Shown here one piece after another: positions 1 to 6,689 of a stretch of DNA of 8,097 bases. Below the pieces are notes generated by a model, which was not told the origin of the DNA, ran no database searches, and worked only from the letters and a program-made list of their open reading frames with translations. Origin of the DNA: Amoeboradix gromovi X-113 (lineage: Eukaryota; Fungi; Sanchytriomycota); NCBI GenBank assembly GCA_018985225.1, contig JADGIF010000466.1, forward strand, positions 1 to 8,097, given 5' to 3'. Within the stretch, counting starts at the first letter, position 1, and the number at the start of each line of letters is the position of its first letter. Position numbers and translations under genes: made by a program.

Positions 1-99
1 TTGAATAAATCATTTATCACGAATTTGTATGTATTTTTATACAATTGCATGACTTTTCCGGATTTTTCCAATAGCTTAAATACTCGATATTCTTCCTTT

Positions 100-460
100 T
101 CACAAATGGTAAATGGAATTAATGGATGTAATCCCGAATATATCAAATCTAAAGAAACAACAGGTACAGCATACATTCAACTGGTCAAAACATGGAACAA
201 TTAGATGTTTTTGAACGCCAGAAAGCGATATCTGTACAGTTTATTCAAGGAACGCTTGAAGTTCAATGTAAACAAAGAGGAAAGAGGATGGTTGAATATA
301 ATGAAGCATTTACTAGTAAGACATGTACAAGTTGTGGTACCCTAAAGAAACTCAACTTAGAAACTTACACTTGTACCAATTGTCATTCGGATATAGAGAC
401 CATATGGTAGCAAGGAACATATACATCAAGTATATGCATCCTTATTCAATCCCGCCCCAG
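100..460 (+). pseudogene. Decayed Fanzor (eukaryotic TnpB-like RNA-guided nuclease; Fanzor2/IS607-TnpB-like), C-terminal part with zinc finger and RuvC-III; at least 1 premature stop and 2 frameshifts
   Basis: Stitching frames gives SQMV...QLVKTWNN*MFL...LFKERLKF/CKQRGKRMVEYNEAFTSKTCTSCGTLKKLNLETYTCTNCHSD/RDHMVARNIYIKYMH. This matches the TnpB/Fanzor motifs FxxRL...ExxTSKTCxxCG...CxxC...RDxxxARNI. Lesions: TAG at 202-204, a 1-nt loss at ~265-266 (TTC AA TGT) and a frameshift at ~390-395. The 5' boundary is uncertain and may run off the window. Confidence 0.85.
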
Positions 461-555
461 GGTAGTGCAAGCGTGAGCAATCACTATAAGGGAGAAACTA
501 GCATTAGTTTATCTGTGGATAATCTCGATTTTCTCGGAAATCAGGACTTTTAACG
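431..555 (+). ncRNA. Putative Fanzor omega-RNA scaffold / element right end (copy A)
   Basis: Overlaps and follows the Fanzor ORF end, where TnpB/Fanzor omega-RNAs are encoded. Three consecutive hairpins: GTAGTG(462-467)/CACTAT(482-487) capped by GC-GTGA-GC (GNRA loop, 471-478); AAACTA(495-500)/TAGTTT(505-510); GATTTT(527-532)/GAAATC(537-542). A homologous copy lies at 3803-3925 (-). Exact ends are unknown. Confidence 0.6.
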
Positions 556-563
556 AGGAGGCA

Positions 564-656
564 TGTACCAAATTTTGTTTGCAAGCAGATAGAGAACATA
601 TTGCAGCAGGTATCATAAACTTCAAGTATATGCATCGCAATCCAATTCTGCCTCAG
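564..656 (+). pseudogene. Second, more degenerate Fanzor C-terminal fragment (direct repeat of 372-460)
   Basis: Translates as CTKFCLQADREHIAAGIINFKYMHRNPILPQ versus CTNCHSD-RDHMVARNIYIKYMHPYSIPPQ in the first copy. Ungapped 589-656 vs 393-460 is 53/68 nt identical by hand count, including the shared TCAAGTATATGCATC. Similarity stops abruptly after CAG (656). Confidence 0.8.
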
Positions 657-738
657 AACTTAAATAAGAACACCGTCAATTTAATTTAAACTAACCCAAT
701 CAAACTCACTCTAGTACCGTTTATTTCAAAGTTACACA

Positions 739-1299
739 ATGAGAGAAATGCAGCTATATCTTGGGTATTTTTTAAATATAAATACGGAGTTCGCTTGTCA
801 GCAGTTAGGAACAATCATAAATTACAATTTCGCAACAAAAGAATGCCGAGTTCAATTTTGCGAAAATTGCGATGACGATGCGCTCAGAAATGAGTGTAAA
901 TTTGAAGTTATGGAGACTGTTAGTATTACTGAATTCTGGGGATACGTATATGGTGCCATTGATTTGCAGGGCTGCGAAGGAATTTGTAAGTCTATAAATG
1001 AGTGTGCAGCATACAGTAATTATAACGGCTGCCATTTGTTTAATAACCAAAAGGACTTAACGGAACGCACTGTATTCAAAACGTATTTGAAAATATGCAG
1101 CAAGTTTGATGAATCCTTGAAATCTAAGGACTCAAACCCATTCACGCTAAACTCAACTAGCGCTGCTACTCTAGCTGTAATTTTATCCTGTATAATAGGA
1201 ACGCTTTTACTATTAGTTGTGATGCTGTTCATATTTGCAGCCCGAAGAAGATCTCAGAAATTCAGTAATCTGTATTTGACAGATCCGCAAGCGCAATAA
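739..1299 (+). CDS. Single-pass membrane protein with Cys-rich ectodomain containing a PAN/apple-like domain
   Basis: 186-aa ORF. Six Cys (53, 79, 83, 89, 98, 120) are in PAN-like spacing with the core CEGICKSINECAAYSNYNGCHLF. A hydrophobic helix at aa ~143-168 is followed by an RRR stop-transfer. There is no convincing signal peptide; the true start could be Met4 (748). Confidence 0.65.
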   Translation: MREMQLYLGYFLNINTEFACQQLGTIINYNFATKECRVQFCENCDDDALRNECKFEVMETVSITEFWGYVYGAIDLQGCEGICKSINECAAYSNYNGCHLFNNQKDLTERTVFKTYLKICSKFDESLKSKDSNPFTLNSTSAATLAVILSCIIGTLLLLVVMLFIFAARRRSQKFSNLYLTDPQAQ

Positions 1300-1624
1300 C
1301 ATCCAATAGCATATAACCTTACCATAGAAGCTGCCAAATTTGAAATAAATTCTAATTAGATAACTCTTATGGAATTGCGACTCATTTACGAAAACTAGGC
1401 GCACTCTTCAAAACACATTGCAAAGTGAGTCCGATCAAGTAGAATTTTCCATACCATATCACCTTTGCTTTAGGGACGGCTTGTTACCAATTCCTTAACT
1501 TAATTTCTGAATAAAAGAACAAACATAAGCATTGATAAAATCTCGCTTCCCTTCCCTTCTCTTCCATTCTATTTCATATTTTTAAGTTGTCTTTTCAAAT
1601 TGTTTTATTTTCGCATACAGGGGG

Positions 1625-2140
1625 ATGTATTATTTGAAGGAACTTAATCATTCTCTGAAGTTACATCCTGCTTTTTTCACTGCCAATCTTAAAGATCACT
1701 TGAAAAAAAGGCTACTGGCAGAGGTTGAAGGTAGCTGCTCTGGGCGCTATGGATATATAACATGCGTTCTAAGAATTGTAAAAATTGCGAAAGGTATAAT
1801 CAATTTGGAAGGACAAGCTGAATATCAAATCAAGTATCTGGCTGTAGTATTTAAACCTTTCAAGGGCGAAGTTGTTGAAGGCGTTGTTAACTCTGTTAAT
1901 AAAATGGGTTTTTTTTGTGATGTTGGACCACTAAATGTATTCACATCTACTCATCTGATAGACAACACATTCAGATTTGATCCTAACGGCAATCCTCCTT
2001 GCTTTACTGATAACTCTGATTCTAAAATACAAAAGGGCACCTCAATTAGATTAAAGTTAGTAGGTATAAAAACCGATGCAGCACAAATATTTGCCATTGG
2101 TTCAATTAAAGAGGATTATTTAGGAATCATAAGTAATTAA
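1625..2140 (+). CDS. RPB7: DNA-directed RNA polymerase II subunit RPB7
   Basis: 171 aa, full length. Hallmark motifs: LHPAFF, VEGSCSGRYGYI, AVVFKPFKGEVVEGVV, VNKMGFFCDVGPL and IFAIGSIKEDYLG. The CDS is intronless. Confidence 0.98.
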   Translation: MYYLKELNHSLKLHPAFFTANLKDHLKKRLLAEVEGSCSGRYGYITCVLRIVKIAKGIINLEGQAEYQIKYLAVVFKPFKGEVVEGVVNSVNKMGFFCDVGPLNVFTSTHLIDNTFRFDPNGNPPCFTDNSDSKIQKGTSIRLKLVGIKTDAAQIFAIGSIKEDYLGIISN

Positions 2141-2148
2141 TAAATTAT

Positions 2149-3766
2149 TTATTGTTTTCCAAATACTCTCCCACCTTGAACTGAACTTCTTTTAGTTTTC
2201 GATGGACTCGAATTTGACGAACCTCCAGGTTGATTTAACAGTCTTTCTTCATCTGAAAATGGTAAATATCCATGATTAGTTATGTTTTTATCTCTGCAGA
2301 GTCGCTCCAAAGCTAATATATTATCTTTTAACACCATTTTACCCTCTTCAATGTCTAATTCTGGTTCATACTGGAAAAGTGACATTACCCTATCATAAAC
2401 CTTGAATATGTTCAAGAGCACCAATATAACTAAGAGCAGGCTTATGTATCTATCCAATGGTCCAAGAATAGGCACCATGTTTAATTTTCCAATAACCTTG
2501 ATAAAATCACTAATTTTGGCTTGCGACTCGTAACTCATGTCCCCAAATGATATCTTGACAAAGTTATGGGCTATAGGGAATACTACTCGTGTTGTGTACA
2601 CGCAAGCAAACAAACTACATTAATAAAAGATACAGAGCGTAAGCATCAGTTGCTTTCTTATACATGGCCAGATTTGCTATTTTTACGTTGTATAGAGTAG
2701 TGATAGTTACATAAAACATGTATATCAGCATTGCAATCATTAAATAAGGTATCTCATCTTTATCATCCCTATTGTAAAAGTTAATTGGAATCCATTTTGG
2801 GAAGAACGGATAGATGGTTTGGTAGTAAAGCACCAATATGCTCATACAGCTAGTAAATAAAAACAATAGTATATACAGCGGGGTGTAGATGACATGGTAA
2901 TACACACCTTCCAATAGCGGTAAAACAAAGGAATAAAAGTGAATAAAAAGGGACTTTAATGGTCCATCTTTCACCATAAGCAGCCTATACAGTAGCAGAT
3001 GGCCAGTCATTTTATAAGATTGGGTTTCGTGTATCTTTTCACGATCAGTTATTAATAATAAATCGTACATTGCAACACTGTATTGGGCATGCGCACGTTG
3101 CAACTTTATTCCTTGAGTTGTAAGGACACCAGGAGGTTTATATTCATAAATTCCGACCATTTGGTGATTTTCTTGTTGAGCCTCATTAAAATAATCCCTG
3201 TAATACGGCAAATGGCTTAGTATCGATTGCTTGAACTTGGGTGCTTTAATAGTAATTTTAGAATATATTGATTTGGGAATTTCTAGCAAGCCATGCCCCA
3301 TGCATAGTAAACTCAGCAGCATACCGTATAAATTACTTATAGCAATACAAAAGCTACTTATTGTTGTCCAGTTAAAAGCTTTAGAGTAGACAGCGTATGC
3401 TACGAGTCCACTACTAGCTACTAAGCCAAGTATTAAATAGTACTTAACATATGCCCGAAGACCGAGAAGCAAACTTCTAATTAAAGTCAAGGAAGTGTTG
3501 TTGGCTACTGCGTTACGCTGAACTTTGATAACTGATTGAGTGTAAGGAATAAGCACCCAAGCCAATACAAACAAAATCCAATAAATTACTCTAAACACTA
3601 ATTCTAGATCTTTTTCATGCAGATCATAAATAATAAGAAAAGGTATAGAAGTGGATATAACCAAAGATACAGAAGCTAAAATTAGGACATACAGCGATGT
3701 GAATTGATCAGCATAGTATATTGGTATAGTCAGTGAAAATAAACTAAATGAAAGATACCAGAGCAT
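2149..3766 (-). CDS. LMBR1-family (LMBRD2-like) multi-pass membrane protein; join(complement 2634..3766, 2149..2614), 532 aa
   Basis: Multiple TM segments with LMBR1-family motifs (FRVIYWILFVLAWVLIPYTQS; AISNLYGMLLSLLCMGHGLLEIPK). Removing a 19-nt GT-AG intron joins the two listed ORFs in frame (1133+466=1599 nt). This restores TDAYALLFACVYTTRVVFPIAHNF, which matches the family motif TDxxSLLFxxxxxxRLxxPLxxNF. Confidence 0.85.
2615..2633 (-). other. 19-nt spliceosomal intron GTATCTTTTATTAATGTAG
   Basis: GT...TAG ends and a branch-like ATTAAT just before the 3' splice site. It contains the in-frame stop, and its removal restores both the frame and a conserved motif. Confidence 0.8.
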
Positions 3767-3802
3767 GTTGAAACCGACGGAGAAGAGGTATATTCTTAAA
3801 TG

Positions 3803-3925
3803 AAATCCTGATTTCAGAGATAATCAAAAAATTTCACATAAAAACTGAACAACTCAGTCGCTCCGTTACAATAGCTGCTCACACTTCTACAAAACTCGGG
3901 CGGGATTGGATGAATTTGTCATATA
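3803..3925 (-). ncRNA. ORF-less homolog of the Fanzor 3' end / omega-RNA scaffold (copy B; stand-alone omega-RNA or non-autonomous element relic)
   Basis: The reverse complement aligns to 431-549 at about 85/123 columns by hand. Shared blocks: TATATG, CAATCCCGCCC, AAGYGTGAGCA, TAASGGAG, AGTTT, TGTG, GATTWTCTCKGAAATCAGGA. Stems 1 and 2 are retained through different base pairs. Confidence 0.65.
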
Positions 3926-3995
3926 AGAAAAGAACGAACGTATTTTTGTGTTCAAGTAAAACTGATACCTGATTCTATTAGCAACGCATTTATTG

Positions 3996-5009
3996 TTAAA
4001 GCTCCAAGGATTTGATTCTTCCAATAGATTTTAAAGGACTTAGAGGCTCTATCATAGTCAAATCTTTTGAACTATATTCTCTTATAGAGTGATCAATTAC
4101 ATTTAGTGAAATATCCTCTTCCGACTCCATTTGAATAGTCTTTCTGTATATTAGAATATCTATATTTGCCGCTGGCGTTGGATGTGGCATCCAGTTCTTG
4201 TCGAATTCGTCTTTAATGTCTAGTATGTCCTTATCGCCTGTAGTACTGGACTTTCTTAAAGATGAACTCTTTGATAATTTTTCAACTGGAGAAGCCAAAT
4301 GACTACTGTTTTGCTTAAACAAACCTTTCAGTGTTGTGTTACTTCTGCTTCTAGTAACAGACGATCTTCTGGAATTATTTGATGACGTTTTACTCTTTTT
4401 ATTTACATCTAGGACTGTGGAAGCCCTTCTTGTTGATATGCCTATATCATATACCAAAGACTGTGGATCGTCCAATATGTTTAATCTTTTGGTTAATGCA
4501 TCACATGTTATCGTAAGCATCTGGTTAAGCTTTCCAACCAACTGTGAATTGTCTATGTCATTAAGAAGTTCAGTTTTTCTAGAGGTAAATAGATCGTAAA
4601 GTCTTAATTTGTTTTCCATTATAACTACACTTGAAAATGTTTGTAGGGCCAAAACTCTCACCTTGTCATTTTCTAAAATTTCGTCAACTGGAGATAGGAT
4701 CATTTGTAAAAATGGTAGAGTTTTAGAATAAAAACTTGTCCATGTTTCTATGACCTTCATCAGAAATTTGTTATCATCTACCACGCTATTTGTCTTAAAC
4801 AAAAATGTTTCCATTACTATGTTTAAAAACATCCTTAAGCACTTCATAAATCCGTCAAAATCTTGTTCCAGTATTTCAGGATTAAATAAAGTAGAAATAT
4901 TTTCAATAGAATCTGGGATTCCTTCACCGTTCGCGTAGCATTTTACTGCTACCATAGCGGTAGCCCATGGTAGAGTTGAGAGCATGTTATCATCATTTAA
5001 GGAACTCAT
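3996..5009 (-). CDS. HbrB-domain protein (Bit61/PRR5/Protor-like TORC2-associated subunit) with Ser/Lys-rich disordered C-terminus
   Basis: The N-terminal half matches the HbrB pattern: W......V....NGEG....IE.I; ETWTSFYSKTLPFLQMILSPV; VRVLALQTFSSVVI....RL; LNQML. The C-terminus is low-complexity with RRSS/RKSS sites. Confidence 0.75.
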   Translation of the reverse strand: MSSLNDDNMLSTLPWATAMVAVKCYANGEGIPDSIENISTLFNPEILEQDFDGFMKCLRMFLNIVMETFLFKTNSVVDDNKFLMKVIETWTSFYSKTLPFLQMILSPVDEILENDKVRVLALQTFSSVVIMENKLRLYDLFTSRKTELLNDIDNSQLVGKLNQMLTITCDALTKRLNILDDPQSLVYDIGISTRRASTVLDVNKKSKTSSNNSRRSSVTRSRSNTTLKGLFKQNSSHLASPVEKLSKSSSLRKSSTTGDKDILDIKDEFDKNWMPHPTPAANIDILIYRKTIQMESEEDISLNVIDHSIREYSSKDLTMIEPLSPLKSIGRIKSLEL

Positions 5010-5140
5010 TGATATTAGTTTGTTTCAGAAATCTTCTGAGACTTAAATAGACATAATTTTAGTAAGAGCCCAGAGTGAGTTTGCTGGTAAGATAACTGGT
5101 TCAAAAATACTTTTATAAAATGCTGTTTATTTCTAACCCG

Positions 5141-6061
5141 CTACAATCCGTAATCCCAATTGAAATCCCATGGAACCTCTATATCGTTCAGCGAATTCGA
5201 AGTTGAGCTAGAGCGAATGAAAGAGGGTCTATTTTCAGTGAACCATAGCGGCTCGAACAAGCTTGGGATTTCAAAGTCTAACCTCGCCCAATCACATGGA
5301 TTGTATGCTTGCCCTTGGTTAATTGCAGCTCGGAGATCTTGCGCAGCTTGACTTTTTAGTTCAACAGACTGCAAATCATTATTTTGTACATTTGGAACAA
5401 CAAATGGTAAAACAAACTCATATGTTGCAACAGGACAAGGATGCAAAAAGGACTTGTCTTCTGATGTTTTTAAGCTTCCTACATTCAATTCTGGATTAGA
5501 GCGCATGGATACTGCGTTTAGAATAGATAAATTGGAGTCATTTTTTGTGTCCTTTGAATCTCTTCTCTTCAGCGATTGCTTAACTGTTTCGGCTTTAAAA
5601 GATGAATTCATATTAAATATCTGTTGAATCTGCTTGTCTGTTGCCTCTAAGTTGTATCCATAAACCAATTCATAAGCGTGTTTTATCTCTTTTACGCTGG
5701 TTGGAACTGTTCCAATTTTAAACAAATTAGCTAGCCGGTCGAAAATGGCAACTCTAACCTGGTCAGGCTCAATCCAAAGATAAAAGTGTCGAAGTCTCTT
5801 GAACATAGATATCTTTCTGCTATTTACTGGTGGTATCGAGCTAAATAATTTCTCCTTATCTGCGATTTTCAATTTCAATTTTCCATATTTTTTTTCAAAC
5901 TCTTGGTACAGCACATTCCAGTTGGTAATAAGCCCATCTGATTTTAACATAAATTCATGAATGTGCCCTACTATTTCTTGAGATTCAAAATCTAATTTGG
6001 ACATACAGATGGTGGACTGACCTTGTATTTGTTTCGCATGAATTTTTGTATCACCGATCAT
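5141..6061 (-). CDS. Hypothetical protein with two tandem OST-HTH/LOTUS-like repeats (306 aa from the first ATG)
   Basis: Long ORF with the first ATG at 6061 (the listed 6067 start is TTG). Two similar helical segments: IHEFMLKSDGLITNWNVLYQEFEKKYGKLKL...LFSSIP and LANLFKIGTVPTSVKEIKHAYELVYGYNL...IQQIFNM. These resemble the LOTUS pattern l..L...Y...yG..l......l..ll..iP. The ORF is well supported; the domain call is tentative. Confidence 0.55.
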   Translation of the reverse strand: MIGDTKIHAKQIQGQSTICMSKLDFESQEIVGHIHEFMLKSDGLITNWNVLYQEFEKKYGKLKLKIADKEKLFSSIPPVNSRKISMFKRLRHFYLWIEPDQVRVAIFDRLANLFKIGTVPTSVKEIKHAYELVYGYNLEATDKQIQQIFNMNSSFKAETVKQSLKRRDSKDTKNDSNLSILNAVSMRSNPELNVGSLKTSEDKSFLHPCPVATYEFVLPFVVPNVQNNDLQSVELKSQAAQDLRAAINQGQAYNPCDWARLDFEIPSLFEPLWFTENRPSFIRSSSTSNSLNDIEVPWDFNWDYGL

Positions 6062-6134
6062 CAACAAAAAATTCAGTTTTTAAAGTCTACTTTTGGGCAG
6101 ATATCAAGAAAATTGTTTATTTCGAATTGCAAAA

Positions 6135-6647
6135 TTAATGCCTGTTTTTATTTTTTCTATATGTGGAATTTTTCTTGTTTCTCTCATGGATCTCGTAGCA
6201 CTTTTTCTTAAGATAAACCTGAGTATCGGGGGCCATCAGCATTTCATCAAAGAGATTTGATTTTCTCATCTTTTTGGTTAATCTGTGTGAATAAAATTCG
6301 GCTTTGGGCTCAACAATAACACCCATGTGGAAGTAGGTAGGTAGACTTTTGCTTTCTTTCTTAAAATGGCGCTTCGGATTTAACGCGCTTCTAGATTTCA
6401 ACGCCAAGAGATCATGCTTTATTTCAGTTGTAATTTTTTGCAGTGGCAAGTCATACCAGTCTTCTAAAACATCGAGTTTCTTAGTTTTTAAACTTGGCTG
6501 CAACTTTTTTGGTAGTTTTGTTATGTCTATTTTCTTTTTCGGAGTAACACAAAACTTATTTGAACCAATATCGACTTCATCTTTTTGCTCATGGCTCTGA
6601 TCTAGTTGATTGTTCTGCAGTATTTTGCTCATTATTCCAACTATCAT
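6135..6647 (-). CDS. FCF2: Fcf2 pre-rRNA processing protein (DNTTIP2/Fcf2 domain)
   Basis: Motifs WYDLP...ITTEIKHDL..LKSRSALNPKRHFKK, PTYFHMGVIVE..AEFYSHRLTKKMRK..LFDEML and YLKKKCYEI, plus a basic C-terminal tail. The start could be Met at 6632. Confidence 0.92.
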   Translation of the reverse strand: MIVGIMSKILQNNQLDQSHEQKDEVDIGSNKFCVTPKKKIDITKLPKKLQPSLKTKKLDVLEDWYDLPLQKITTEIKHDLLALKSRSALNPKRHFKKESKSLPTYFHMGVIVEPKAEFYSHRLTKKMRKSNLFDEMLMAPDTQVYLKKKCYEIHERNKKNSTYRKNKNRH

Positions 6648-6689
6648 TAGCTCCTTGTGATACCCTCTTCAAAATGAACTTAGGCCATC

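Noticed and set aside
184-204. 21-nt GT..TAG segment that could splice out the Fanzor premature stop
   Set aside because: It has no branch-like motif and a poor 5' site. Two downstream frameshifts remain, and the segment fits Fanzor coding sequence (TAG probably arose from a sense codon).
1-553. ORFs 1..204, 192..410 and 323..553 as three independent genes
   Set aside because: They are frame fragments of one decayed Fanzor; the tail of 323..553 is read-through into the hairpin region.
372-656. Direct repeats as a CRISPR-like repeat-spacer array
   Set aside because: Only two long, ~78% identical units that encode Fanzor peptide; eukaryotic context and no cas genes.
1491-1499. TTCCTTAAC, a U12-type branch-site consensus
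   Set aside because: No matching RTATCCTT 5' splice site or host exon nearby; likely chance.
1547-1570. Pyrimidine run CTTCCCTTCCCTTCTCTTCCATTCT upstream of RPB7
   Set aside because: Short low-complexity tract; could be a CT-rich promoter element but cannot be supported from sequence alone.
1602-1620. 19-nt GT..CAG just before the RPB7 ATG as a 5'-UTR micro-intron
   Set aside because: The length matches the LMBR1 intron, but it lacks the GTA 5' site and a TAA branch motif, and there is no frame evidence. Unsupported without RNA data.
2149-2613. Separate 154-aa gene with a TTG start, or TAG read-through / TAR-to-Gln recoding at 2615-2617
   Set aside because: The two ORFs are in different frames, so read-through cannot join them. 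The 19-nt intron explains the break, and RPB7 ends with TAA at its conserved terminus.
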